Positions 12,091-24,671 of a stretch of 64,000 bases of DNA are shown here, in pieces. Positions within the stretch are counted from its first letter, which is position 1. Each line of letters opens with the position of its first letter. Origin of the DNA: Octopus vulgaris. Its lineage: Eukaryota. Both the position numbers and the translations under genes were made by a program. Below the pieces are notes generated by a model. The model was not told the DNA's origin, searched no databases, and saw only the letters and a list, made by a program, of their open reading frames with translations. Location of the stretch: NCBI GenBank assembly GCA_951406725.2, contig OX597839.1:5518001-5582000 (forward strand), in the 5' to 3' direction.

Positions 12091-12486
12091 GTAGGCGCAG
12101 GAGTGGCTGTGTGGTAAGTAGCTTGCTAACCAAACACATGGTTCGGGTTCAGTCCCACTGCGTGGCACCTTGGGCAAGTGTTTCTGCTATAGCCCCGGGC
12201 CGACCAATGCCATGTGAGTGGATTTGGTAGACGGAAACTGAAAGAAGCCTGTCGTATATATGTATATATATATATATATATATGTGTTTGTGTGTCTGTG
12301 TCTGTCCCCCTAGCATTGCTGGTGTGTTTACGTCCCCGTAACTAAGCGGTTCGGCAAAAGAGACCGATAGAATAAGTACTGGACTTACGAAGAATAAGTC
12401 CCGGGGGTCGATTTGCTCGACTAAAGGCGGTGCTCCAGCATGGCTGCAGTCAAATGACTGAAACAAGTAAAAGAGTAAAAGAGAGT
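12091..12486 (+). mobile_element. SINE family B (tRNA head, CORE-like segment, internal microsatellite), full length
   Basis: GGCGCAGGAGTGGCTGTGTGGTAAG..GGTTCAGTCCC..GCACCTTGGGCAAGTG..(TA)n..GGCGGTGCTCCAGCATGG..AAACAAGTAAAAGAGTAAAAGAG. Confidence 0.9.
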
Positions 12487-12982
12487 AAGTGTATACCTCC
12501 GTATGGAAATGATCTGACTGACGAATTTGAAATATATATAGACTTACCAAACTTCTAAAAACTCTACTCGTTAATGAATATTTTTCAATTTCTCTTAACC
12601 AACTGTATTTCTGTGATTTATGTATCTCCGTAAAGAAAGAACACTGTAAACAGTCTCAGTTTTTTGGAAATACTGCTGGAATCTACATGAAAATATACAT
12701 GAAAATATACAACTCCCATTGGACAATCAATAGCTGGCAGTAAGCAGCTGCTATCACTTCTACAGAATATCTAGGATTTAGCTGCAGGGAGTGTGGTAAT
12801 AGTATGTACATACCAAAATCTTGAAGGAAAACGTACATCTATAACTTGAGATATAGAAATGAAGATTTGCATTCTATGATTATATACCAGAGATAATAGC
12901 CTCCCTGCAGCAAACTTTTTTTTACATGAAAAACTGACTAAAACAATTGGATTTCTACATTTCAACTTCTAAAAAATAAAAT

Positions 12983-13150
12983 GGAGCGGCTGTGTGATAA
13001 GTAGCTTGCTTACGAACCACATAGTTCCGGGTTCAATTCCGCTGCGTGGCACCACCTTGGGCAAGTGTCTTCTACTATAGCCTCGGGCCGATCAAAGCCT
13101 TGTGAGTGGATTTGGTTGACGGAAACTGAAAGAAGCCCGTCGTATATATG

Positions 13151-13193
<43 letters not shown>

Positions 13194-13466
13194 ATGTGTG
13201 TGCGTGTGTGCGTGCGTTGTGTGTGCGTGTGTGCGTGTGTGTGTGTTTGTGTGTTTGTGTGTTTGTGTTTGTCCCCCCAACATAGCTTGATAACCGATGC
13301 TGGTGTGTTTACGTCACCGTAACTTAGAAGTCTGCAAAAGACACCGATATAATAAGTACTAGACTTACAAAGAATAAGTCCTGGGGATCGATTTGCTCGA
13401 ATAAATGCGGTGCTCCAGCATGGCCACCATCCCATGACTGAAACAAGTAAAAGAGTAAAAGAGTAA
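12983..13466 (+). mobile_element. SINE family B
   Basis: Same layout as 12091-12486. Confidence 0.9.
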
Positions 13467-13611
13467 AAAATCCAAAGAAGAACTCAAGATGGCGATTGAA
13501 GACTTTCGTTATTGGTAATGTTTAAAAGAACATTTATCGCTTCTTAAACGAACCGATATTAACTACAAGTTTACTTTTAATATCCAAGCTATATCTGAAC
13601 GAATAAAGAAT

Positions 13612-13908
13612 TTGCAGCGTGGAAGGTGTTTATAAGCCATTGAAGACACACACAAAACTGTTAGATTCACTTCAGCATTTAAATTTAATTTGTCAAAATA
13701 TTTTCGTCGCTTTGAGACCGCGACCTATTCACTGACAAAATTCTATGCTGAATCAAAATTTTGAGATGCAGCACAGAATTTTGTCAGTGAACAGGTCGCG
13801 GTCTCAAAGCGAAGAAAATATTTTGACAAATTAAATTTAAATGTTGAAGTGAATCTAACGGTTTTGTGTGTTTCTTAAATGGCTTATAAACACCTTCCAC
13901 GCTGCAAT
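13612..13908. repeat. ~140-bp-arm inverted repeat; each arm carries a core-variant hammerhead
   Basis: TGCAGCGTGGAAGGTGTTTATAAGCCATT... is the reverse complement of ...AATGGCTTATAAACACCTTCCACGCTGCA; short central spacer. Confidence 0.9.
13780..13830 (+). ncRNA. Candidate G3:C8 core-swapped hammerhead (mirror copy at 13689-13739 on -)
   Basis: UUUGUCA-GUGAACA-G-GUCGC-ggucucaaa-GCGA(C/A)-GAAA-A-UA-U-UU-UGACAAA. Confidence 0.55.
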
Positions 13909-14619
13909 TGTTTTCGTTCCAGCACACGATCTCAGATCAAGTCACTCGCTATGCAAGTACATTTCCGTAAATAAAGAATTTAATCTTCGTGAAATCATCT
14001 TAGTTTACATTGGCCAAAAATATGTAAAAGAATTTCATTCGGATTGCTTGATAATAGCCAAATACAAGGAACAAATTCTACACAAATTTCAACATTTAAC
14101 AATTGCATATTCATCTAAGAAACTTTAACGGAAGCTGTAGGAAAGTTGAATAATATGAAGACATCAAGAAAAACCTTAATTGTTGGATACAGGTACAAAA
14201 TATTGACGTTCTGCACGCAAGTCTAAAACAGTCTAAGAAGGCCAGATTGACATAGCAAATTGCTTTGTCATTGCACGAACCAATCCTGTAGCCAAGAACG
14301 AAAACACTTATTTGGCAGTGAACTATAGCCTTATTGATTTCCTCAGCAATATCTAATAAACGTTAAACAAGCTGTCTCAAACGACTTCTCTAAGACCATT
14401 CCGAGTCCAACAAGATAGTGACTGATGAGCGGGGGAGGTGGAATGAAGGGATCGGGTGGATGAGCTTTACAACGTTTGGTAAATATAATCTAAAAGAAGA
14501 AAATACTATAGAAAATTTATGATTTGAACACAGAAATGCTTCACATTCTATTTTCAATCCCCTGTTGCAGTAGTTACCTCCCTTGTCTGAAATAGCGTCT
14601 GATAAGCCGCAACCATTAA

Positions 14620-14841
14620 CTCTTTCGTTACCATATTTATTTTGAGCTGCTCTGTATATCTTTTAATTAATTTTAAATATAACAAAGAATTTAATAAAAT
14701 AACATAGTTACCATTAAGCTAGTGTTAGTAACATAAACTGTGGCTAAGGTTTGGTGGAAGATTTTAATGCAGAAGTTTTGAAAATAAGACATTTGTACTA
14801 CAGAGCCAGAGGCGGTTTCAGGCGGGTTGGTATCAAAATGG
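14620..14841. mobile_element. piggyBac-like MITE
   Basis: TTAA on both flanks (14616-14619, 14842-14845); imperfect TIRs CTCTTTCGTTACCA / TGGTATCAAAATGG. Confidence 0.7.
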
Positions 14842-14879
14842 TTAAAAAGACCTGGGCGACGATCTTCACACTTGTATTT

Positions 14880-15700
14880 AAAAGCAAACAAGTGTCTCCT
14901 ACGTAACAGATTTTTCGAACGAAAATTCTAAAGAGATGGTCAGTTAGTAAGTACGTCTATATCCGCACTAATCCGATGAATTGTGCTTTACAAAACTCTT
15001 TCCGTTATTTTCTAAGGCCTACAACTGTAAGAAACATCAATATGTCCTTCAATTTTGCAGTAGAACAGTAATGGTCAATACTGGAAAGAAATGCAATAAT
15101 ATTCTCATGTCATAAAGGGATGTAATTTGAACAAAATTTATGCGCATTTGATGGTTCAAAACAGAAAAAACTCCTCGCCAAGGAAACAATTTACTTCAGT
15201 AGTGTCTGTATTTCCCTGGTGCTCAAAATGGTAAAAACAAAGGTCTAATTATTGAAGACGATGTACTCAACAAAGGGAACAAGGTTAGAGCGATCAAAGA
15301 ATATTATACAGCACGTAAACAAACAGGATGTTCAGCGTTTTCCCATAAGCAGATGCACTTCCAGTGATATATGGCTGATATATATAAAAAATCATATCGA
15401 ATATGCGATATAGGAAAATTGTATCTACTGCACTTATATATGAAAGCCCAGAATGTCATGAGGTCATCTGGACGCTTCGATAGAAAAACTGTTTTCACAA
15501 ACTGTCTCAGATACAAAAACTGAGGATTAGTTTCAAATCGGTCTGATGAACATTGGATAATGCTCATCCGATTTGGGTATGTCAGCACTTGCGACTACGT
15601 ATTGAAACAACCATTGATGCTGGCGATGAACCCATTGAATAAATACGATTAAAGGATTCTCAAGATTATCTGTAGTGATTTGTATTTGAATTCAGCTTTT
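14880..15700 (+). pseudogene. Possible decayed Helitron/Helentron Rep-domain relic
   Basis: Frameshifted pieces such as SDELCFTKLFP (~14973) and ESPEC / TVF..LS resemble Rep motifs (E.L.FP.LFP.G; GSP.YW; PTFF.TLS). Many stops; matched by eye only. Confidence 0.35.
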
Positions 15701-15771
15701 CTTTGATCAACTATGCGCCTTTTCTTAAATTCATGCATATATCTCCAAACAAGTGTTGCATCTTATATATA

Positions 15772-15974
15772 ATATTTCTTTACTGCCCACAAGGGGCTAC
15801 ACACAGAGAGGACAAAAACAAGGACAAACAAACAGATTAAGTCGATTACATCAACCCCGAAAGGATGAAAGGCAAAGTCGACCTCGGCGGAATTTGAACT
15901 CAGAACGTAACAGCAGACGAAGCACGGCTACGCATTTCGCCCGGCGTGCTAACGTTTCTGCCAGCTCGCCGCCT
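15772..15974 (-). mobile_element. SINE family A
   Basis: ATTTCTTTACTGCCCACAAGGGGCT..CTGCCAGCTCGCCGCC. Confidence 0.9.
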
Positions 15975-16094
15975 TCATCTTATATATGCACGTGTGAATA
16001 CACACATACACACACAGACATATGTATGTATGTGTGTGTGTGTGTGTGTATGTGTGTGTGTGTGTGTATCACAGTATCACGGTATGGAGCAAAG

Positions 16095-16362
16095 TGTCGG
16101 GTGTTGTTACGCACGCTGGTCACAATACGCTTTGTGTATTGTTTTAGCTTTCGAAAGATACCACCCAGTTGGCTAGGTGTGCAGGTCGACCCCCTCCTGA
16201 TGGAACGCAAGTTCGTCTCATGGTTACCCATCACAACTGAGCGGAGTGGAGCAAGGTTAAATGAAGTGTTTTGCTCACGAACACAAAGCGCAGTCGGTCT
16301 CTGAATCAAACTCACGATCCCACGATCACGAGCGCAATATTCTATCCACTAGGCCACGCGTC
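16095..16362 (-). mobile_element. Old tRNA/CORE-like SINE carrying tail type 1
   Basis: Minus head GACGCGTGGCCTAGTGG..GTTTGATTC, then TGTGTTCGTGAGCAAAACACTT. Tail (plus) TGTTGTTACGCACGCTGGTCACAAT matches the C-type-1 tail. Confidence 0.6.
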
Positions 16363-16704
16363 TTCGTATATTATAACTTTACATGCATTCCCTACAATTT
16401 CCTTCTCTTCCTCTTTACTTGATCTTCCTTTCTATCACGTTCATATATTTACTCAAACGACGCCATTTTTATTTATTCGTATGTCTTTACATTTCTTCAA
16501 ATTTATATATTTTTTTCTTTTTCTTTTCTTTTCAAGACACATGTTGCGCATTTCTGCATTTAGTGCATTCCATAGATTTTATACAAAACTATATTTCTAT
16601 TTCCTGTATATGTATATATATACTAATTTACGTATGTATATATACACATATGTATGTTTATATATATATGTTTTTACATATATTCATATTGATATAAATA
16701 TATG

Positions 16705-17025
16705 TATGTATATAAATACAAATACATTTATTTACGTGTATGCATGTATAAATATATATATTTATATAAATACAAATACATTTATTTACGTGTATTCATG
16801 TATACATATATATATTTATATAAATACAAATACATTTATTTACGTGTATTCATGTATACATATATATATTTATATAAATACAAATACATTTATTTACGTG
16901 TATTCATGTATAAATATATATATTTTATATAAATACAAATACATTTATTTTTGTGTATGCATGTATAAATATATATATTTATATAAATACAAATATATTT
17001 ACATGTGTGTATGCATGTTTAAATA
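16705..17025. repeat. ~54-bp AT-rich minisatellite, about 6 units
   Basis: ATAAATACAAATACATTTATTTACGTGTA recurs at ~54-bp spacing. Confidence 0.85.
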
Positions 17026-17033
17026 TACGCAAA

Positions 17034-17082
<49 letters not shown>

Positions 17083-17430
17083 CATATATATATATTTACA
17101 TGTAGGTACGCTTGTATCTATCTTCATACATATGTGGGTGGAACTCTATGTGCATGTTAGCATGTTTACATCAGAGAACATGCATATGCATTTTGATAAC
17201 TGTGCATAAACGTATATACAATAAGTTAACAGAGATGTATATATGTTCCTGTGCACGTGTATATAAATGTATAAGTGGTTCGGTGTGAGTACGAGTGCGT
17301 ACATATATTTGTGTCAATGGCTGTGTGTGGTCTGTAAATGGCAACGCGTTCGTCAGTGTACATGTATGCGTATTTCGCGCACATATTGTATATTATGGCT
17401 GTTGTATATTTGTTTCTCTTGCAAAAACAG

Positions 17431-17542
17431 TTTCCGGCAATACGGCATCTTTCAATGTCTGTTAATTCCATCTGCAACAAGCGTTCACTGTGGCAGATGT
17501 TTGTCAGAGACTCTTCCATTCAATCAGCTTATGTATGAATTG
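17431..17542 (+). other. Candidate internal exon
   Basis: Unique sequence between TTTGTTTCTCTTGCAAAAACAG and TTG|GTAAGT; one open frame (FRQYGIFQCLLIPSATSVHCGRCLSETLPFNQLMYEL); no recognised homology. Confidence 0.35.
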
Positions 17543-18126
17543 GTAAGTACGTAAGTACGCGATCCTTCGAAAATAATGAGACGAAACGTACTTACGCACA
17601 GAGAGAAAAACGCACAAGCGTTCTAGCGCACACTCCGTTGTATAATGCTATACACATATATTTCTATATGCAAATAAATGAGAAAGTGCGAGAGAGGGAG
17701 AGAGAGAGGGGGGGAAGAGATGATAGAGAGTGACATGCAAGCAAAAGAGACATAGAGGCAGATGGAGGGGGAGAACGATAGAGAGAGAAAGGCAGAAAAT
17801 AATGCGATGTGTTTAACTCGATTTGTCAGTCGGTACATGAGCTTTTCATAGTTGCATATACCAACAAATATATATACATCTCTCCGTCTTTGTCTCTCTC
17901 TCCCCTCTTATTCTCTCTCACACACTCTCTCTCTATACATATATACATACACACATACATTTATATACATATACATACATGTAAACACACACACACACAC
18001 ATATATATATATACACACATGCAATTATGCATACATATATATATATAAATACACATACATAATCACACATATACATATATAACTATACATACTTATACAT
18101 ATATACACACACACATATATATGTAC

Positions 18127-18171
<45 letters not shown>

Positions 18172-18903
18172 GGTTATAGACAGATATACTAATACATACA
18201 AATATACATACATATATACATATATAAATATATATATATATATATATGCATTTATATATATATATATATACATCCCTATATACATATGTTATAGACAGAT
18301 ATACAAAGACATACAAAAATATATACATATATGCATATATATATATATGTATTTATATAGTATGTACGTATATAAATGTATATCTATATATATATATGTA
18401 TATATATCTATATATATATGTATATATATGTACGTAAGAATGTATATATGTATACACATACACATACACACACACATATATATATATATATACACATATA
18501 TGTGTGTGTGGTGTGTATCTTTGTGTGTGTGTGTGTGTGTGTATGTACGTTTATATAGCAAAGTGGCAGCTGTTTTGTTGATACGCTGTTCAATTACACT
18601 CATTATATGTAGCAAACCGGAGGAATAACAATACTTTTGGAGAGCAGTAAGTCGTATATAGAAATATTGGATTGCCTTCTTGTTAGCTAACAAACCTATC
18701 ACTGCACCGGTATGACTGCTTTGTATATTGTTATTACATGTGAATATGTATTTGTATCAATCACACACAGACACACACACACACATACACACGAATGCAC
18801 AATTATACATACACGGACACATATATACATATATACATACATATATGTATAGATATATATATCGTCATACATATATATATATATATATGCTTCTGTGCAT
18901 GTC

Positions 18904-18938
<35 letters not shown>

Positions 18939-19074
18939 GGAGAGGGAGAAAGATGGATAGATAGATACGTATTCGTAAATATGTGTATATGTAACATTTG
19001 CGTAAGATTTTCACCAAGTGTATAGATGCAACGTCTATATGAATTCTTCACATACATATTAGTATATATATATA

Positions 19075-19119
<45 letters not shown>

Positions 19120-19151
19120 TACATATATATGATATATATATATATACATAC

Positions 19152-19198
<47 letters not shown>

Positions 19199-19241
19199 GG
19201 TATATACTTATATATACATATATATATATATTATATATACG

Positions 19242-19297
<56 letters not shown>

Positions 19298-19323
19298 GCA
19301 TATATATATATATATAATATACC

Positions 19324-19358
<35 letters not shown>

Positions 19359-19605
19359 ATGTGTGTGTATGCATTTAGTTATTTACACATATATATGTAT
19401 ATATGAGGATAATATAAATCGAAGATGGAGGATGCCAAACTTTAATAGTAGATCACAACATTTGTTTCTTCGCCGCGCACTAGCTTTATATTGCTTGGTT
19501 TATATTCAAAGGCTATTAAAGTGGAATATACCTTATAATTATTGTACAGTTAAATGCCGCTCAGCAGCAGCCGTGTTTGGGCTCTTCTTTTGAGCCTAAT
19601 ACGAT

Positions 19606-20011
19606 TACTCTTTTACTCTTTTACTTGTCTCAGTCATTTGACTGCGGCCATGCTGGAGCACCGCCTTTAATCGAACAACTAGACCCCGGGACTTATTCTT
19701 TTGTAAGCCCAGTACTTATTCTATCGGTCTCTTTTGCCGAACCGCTAAGTAACAGGGACATAAACACACCAGCATCGGTTGTCAAGCAATGCTAGGGGGA
19801 CAAACACAAACACACAAACACACACACGCATACATATACATATATACGACGGGCTTCTTTTCCGTTTCCGTCTACCAAATCTACTCACAAGGCTTTGGTC
19901 GGCCCGAGGCTGTAGTAGAAGACACTTGCGCAAGGTGCCACGCAGTGGGACTGAACCCGGAACCATGTGGTTCGTAAGCAAGCTATTTACCACACAGCCA
20001 CTCCTGCGCCT
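19606..20011 (-). mobile_element. SINE family B, full length
   Basis: TACTCTTTTACTCTTTTACTTG..CCACACAGCCACTCCTGCGCCT. Confidence 0.9.
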
Positions 20012-20079
20012 ATTATTACTTCCTGTTGGATTCTCGTATATACTCTTGGAAAAAACAATGTGCATATTATGCAACTAAT

Positions 20080-20400
20080 CAAGACGAGCTGTATTATCCT
20101 TGTCTTTATCTTATAGAAAGAGGAATTTTGCCTGTGCATCCAACCCTAGAATATACGCCACTTTACGATATCCTGTGACAGCCAAATAACGACATATGAT
20201 CTCTCATAGGTATGTTAGGAAGTTTGCACCCGAATTGGGCTACATATATTTCCCAAAGCTCCTATGTATGTCTTGTATTCTTGTGAGCCATCTTTTCGTA
20301 GCTTAACTTTATAAAGAATTCCCTTCTCTAGACAAGTTCCTCCTAACGGACAGTAACCATGATTTTTACAATTGCAATTTTTCTCATTATTTTCTGGTTA
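20080..20400 (-). pseudogene. Naiad-like Penelope GIY-YIG endonuclease fragment
   Basis: 20397-20248 reads PENNEKNCNCKNHGYCPLGGTCLEKGILYKVKLRKDGSQEYKTYIGALGK: CxC-x5-CP-x-G-x-CL followed by ILY...YIG. Confidence 0.8.
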
Positions 20401-20639
20401 TACTCCAGAACTTAGTAATATAGGAGGGCGTATATCATCCATATATTCAGACGAGATAGTGTTTAAAGTGCCGCGCCGTATTATGATAATGCATAAAGAA
20501 ATGGCGGATTCTAGCGATAATAGATCACGTAGAACTGGATCTACATACATACACACATATAAGCTGAAGGAACATGTTTCGACAAGAGAAGGTATAGGAG
20601 AAGAGACAGGTAATAATGCGTCTGGTCTGTGACACAAAT

Positions 20640-20968
20640 CGAAAGAAAAGAAAGATGATCAAGTGAGGAAAAGAAAGATGACCTCTAGTCACGTGTGAGC
20701 AACGAGAGAGTAAAGGAGTAAAAACTAATATAGGTAGAAAATACTTGAAACTAGTTCCTATGCATATCCAAGAAAACCACAAGACCTATAGAATTTTTTA
20801 TAGAAGAACGCTTAAGATTAGCTATTCTTTCGCCTCTTTAATTAATCAGTACATCACGAAAAGTAGAAGCAATGACAGCACCGAAAATAACCAGAAAAAT
20901 TTCAATTGAAAAGGTCAAAGTTGCTGTCCGTTGGGAGAAATTTGTCTAGAGAAAAGAATTGTTTATAG
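20640..20968 (+). pseudogene. Second Naiad-like PLE fragment (RT-EN linker and start of GIY-YIG)
   Basis: KTNIGRKYLKLVPMHIQENHKTYRIFYRRTLKISYS, then NFN*KGQSCCPLGEICLEKRIVYR; truncated by a SINE A array. Confidence 0.75.
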
Positions 20969-21412
20969 AACTCAGAACGTAACGGCAGAAAAAATACCTA
21001 TTTCTTTACTACCCAAAAGGGGCTAAACACAGAGAAGACAAACAAGGACAGGCAAACGGATTAAGTCGATTATATCTACCCCAGTGCGTTACTGGTACTT
21101 ATTTAATCGACCCCGAAAGGATGAAAGGCAAAGTCGACCTCGGCGGAATTTGAACCCAGAACGTAGCGGCACACGAAATACCTATTTCTTTACTACCCAC
21201 AAGGAGCTAAACACAGAGAGGACAAACAAGGACAGAAAAACGGATTAAGTCGATTATATCGACCCCAGTGCGCAACTGGTACTTATTTAATCAACCCCGA
21301 AAGGATGAAAGGCAGAGTCGACCTAGGAGGAATTGGAACTCAGAACGTAACGGCAGACGAAATACTGCTAAGCATTTCGCCCAGTGTGCTAACGTTTCTG
21401 TCAACTCGCCGT
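20968..21412 (-). mobile_element. SINE family A tandem array (two units plus a partial)
   Basis: Repeated GAAATACCTATTTCTTTACTACCC junctions. Confidence 0.9.
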
Positions 21413-21446
21413 CTGGTAGTAATAATAATAATAATAATAATAATAA

Positions 21447-21499
<53 letters not shown>

Positions 21500-21596
21500 A
21501 TAGTAGCAATAATAATAATTTGTCCTTTTACTCTAAGTAAAGTTTTGGGAAAACATTTTAATTCACATATTCGATTGGTACTTTATCGACTTTATA

Positions 21597-21636
<40 letters not shown>

Positions 21637-21709
21637 CTTGTGTGTATAAATCATTATTTTTCATGCAATGAATATTTCCTGCACAGATGTATATTTATAT
21701 TTTTCACAG

Positions 21710-21874
21710 ATGCAGATGCTGTTTCGCCGTTTCATGATATTCAGAGAATGTACCCCCTGGGTTGACATTAGCAAATCGCTTTTCGCCAACACTTTTAAAG
21801 TCAGCGTTAAATTTCTTTCAGCGCTCACCACCATCACAGCCATCAGCGTTTCACCAAAAAAAGATATATTTTAA
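21710..21874 (+). other. Candidate exon
   Basis: Acceptor ATTTTTCACAG ending at 21709, then unique sequence; frame uncertain. Confidence 0.3.
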
Positions 21875-22201
21875 CCATACGGCAATGTCGTCTTAATCTA
21901 AACAAGCCTAGCTAATTTGCATATCGTTCTTCATTTGCCACTTATTTGCATATCACATATATTTGCCACGAATTACCATGTCATTAGCTGTTATTTGTCT
22001 GCGTTTTACATTAAAGTGTTTGATAAAATAAAACACGACAGGGAAGCGTCGCATCGATGAGACCTTCCAACCGTGGCCGTGTGGTTAAAAATCCTGCTTT
22101 CCAGCAGTTTGGTACTGCTTTCAGTCCTACTGCATCTCAATATTGGCAGGTGTTTCCACTATAACCGCGACCAAAGCCTGAAAGAGGGCGATCGTGTGTA
22201 T

Positions 22202-22296
22202 GGGTCCGGCCAGATTGGAGCAATCTCGAGTATAACCAGCCGAAATTGCAAAGATGATCTGGAACTCGACTGAGGAGAGAAAACTTAGAATGGCCC
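22202..22296 (+). ncRNA. Structured, pseudoknotted repeat RNA containing hammerhead core motifs (copy 1)
   Basis: Pairings GGGUC/GGCCC, CCAGAUU/GAUCUGG, GCAAU/AUUGC and UCGAGU/ACUCGA; covary with the copy at 34074. Confidence 0.55.
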
Positions 22297-22372
22297 GTCC
22301 GTGATTTTTCTTCTCCCTCCTTTGTATCATCTGTCTGGATGTTTTGCGTTCTTGTACATGTGTTTGTGGAAA

Positions 22373-22787
22373 GGTGGCAAGCTGGCAGAAACGTTATAAG
22401 CCGGGCAAAATGCTTAGTGGTATTTCGTCTGCCGCTACGTTCTGAGTTCAAATTCCGCCGAGGTCGACTTTACCTTTCATCCTTTCTGGGTCGATTAAAT
22501 AAGTACCAGTTACGCACTGGGGTCGATATAATCGATTTAATCCGTTTGTCTATCCTTGTTTGTCCTCTCTGTGTTTAGCCCCTTGTGGGTAGTAAAGAAA
22601 TAGGTATTTCGTCTGCCGCTACGTTCTGAGTTCAAATTCCGCCGAGGTCGACATTACCTTTCATCCTTTCGGGGTCGATTAAATAAGTACCAGTTACGCA
22701 CTGGGGTCGATATAATCGACTTAATCCGTTTCTCTATGCTTGTTTGTCACTTCTGTGTTAAGCCCCATGTGGGTAGTAAAGAAATAG
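22373..22787 (+). mobile_element. SINE family A dimer
   Basis: Two units joined by AAAGAAATAGGTATTTCGTCTG. Confidence 0.9.
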
Positions 22788-23056
22788 GTACATGTGTTTG
22801 TGGAATGCTCAGCCGCTCGCACGTTAATTTAACAAGTGGGTTGTTCAGTTGCTCGAATCAACTGTAACACACATCGTCATAACCGACGGAGTACCAGTTT
22901 AATTGAAGGGAAGGAGCAGGAGGAAGAGGAGCAGAGTGTAAAATACCACCAACAAATATACGCACATACCTCCAAACATGTGTGGGTGTGTGTGTGTGTG
23001 TATCGTTTATAAAATTGCATAAACTTTGAGGAACGGGAAACTATTTCTTTCTAGCT

Positions 23057-23231
23057 GTGAGAGAAAGTTGTGGCGAAAGAGTACAGCAGGGATCGCCATC
23101 ACCCCCTGCCAGAGCCTCGTGGAGCTTTAGGTGTTTTCGTTCAATAAACACTCACAATACTCGCTCTGAGAATCGAAACCGCGATCCTACGACTACGAGT
23201 CCGCTGCCCTAACCACTGGGCCATTGCGCCT

Positions 23232-23233
<2 letters not shown>
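23057..23233 (-). mobile_element. SINE family C head
   Basis: GAGAGAAAGTTGTGGCGAAAGAG..CCATTGCGCCTCC. Confidence 0.85.
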
Positions 23234-23319
<86 letters not shown>

Positions 23320-23370
23320 ATATGTATAACTACAATTGGTGTATCTACCACACCTGCTATAAGCAGCACC

Positions 23371-23404
<34 letters not shown>

Positions 23405-23671
23405 TAGATGGTATGGGTGTTATAGGTAGAGGAAGAAGAGGAGTGCTACCACTACCATTGTGTGGAGCAACAATTAAGCAATGCAACAATTACAAAGAAG
23501 AAGAAGAAGAAGAAGAAGAAAAGGAAGAAGAAGAAGAAGAAGAAGAAGAAGAGAAGAAGAAGGAGAAGAAGAAGATGAAGAAGAAATATAATAGGCATTG
23601 AAAATGGCTTCAATATATTCATTTATCCAATGGAAAAAAACATACCGGAAGTAGAAAGATATGTGGGATAT

Positions 23672-23702
<31 letters not shown>

Positions 23703-24102
23703 TTGACAGTGAAGTACATCTTGAGGGACAAAGTACGAAGTGTTAACTCGCCTCCGTACGATCTCCCCTACCAAACCATCGATGCCAGTTCTTCCGCCGC
23801 CACCAGCAGCTTGAAGCAACAGAAAAACATCAGCCATTCTGTTGGAGTGCCAACCAAGACAGGAATGCCGGAAACGAAAGATGTAGACCGGAAGCAGATC
23901 GAAGAAGTAATAACAACAACAATAAAAATGATGATGATGATAATGATGGTGACAGCTACGATTATGATGTCGACGCTGATAACGTTGATAATCATCATCG
24001 CTGATGTTATCTTGATGACAGTGATGGTCATGTTCTTACCGATGATGGTTAACATGGCAATGATAAGGATTTCAGTATCCTCCGTATTTTTCAATAATAA
24101 TA

Positions 24103-24178
<76 letters not shown>

Positions 24179-24189
24179 TAATAATAATA

Positions 24190-24575
24190 ATTAATTCGTT
24201 TATTGGCCACAAGGGCTAACAAAATTCAGTTATAACATAAAGGGACAAAACTGGACGAAAAGTTACAAAGTGTTTTGTCCGTTTGCAAAAATCCGTGTAC
24301 ACAATCAGTATAACAACGAAAATATTTAACAATGAATAACTCCCAAAAGGGGGAGGCGCTTCGAAAGGTTACATGTGGAAAAACCCATAAAAGCCACGGG
24401 AACCTGGTCAAAAGGGGGGTAGAGAGCCCCTTTCAACTTTTATATTACCTTTCAATTTTCACAGGTGTATCCTCAGAATTGGTCCGTTCATACTGGCCAT
24501 TCTTGCGACATTTACCCACCTTTCAGTAAACTTGCTATGAGACAGCACTTCCCTCACTACTCTCATCTTCCTTTA
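24190..24575 (-). mobile_element. 3' end of a non-LTR retrotransposon, probably Tx1/L1-like
   Basis: Minus strand reads RKMRVVREVLSHSKFTERWVNVARMASMNGPILRIHL* (F..RW C-terminal pattern); 3' UTR ends TTAGCCCTTGTGGCCAATAAACGAA then (TTA)n. Clade assignment is inference. Confidence 0.55.
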
Positions 24576-24671
24576 CAAGTGAAATACCGCTAAGCATTTC
24601 GTCCAGCGCGCTAACAATTCTGCCAGCTCGCTGCTTTCCATTTCCTATAATAATAATAATAATAATAATAA

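Noticed and set aside
23690-23910. Protein-like stretch in ORF 23661-24194
   Set aside because: No recognisable domain or clear splice pair; the rest of the ORF is microsatellite.
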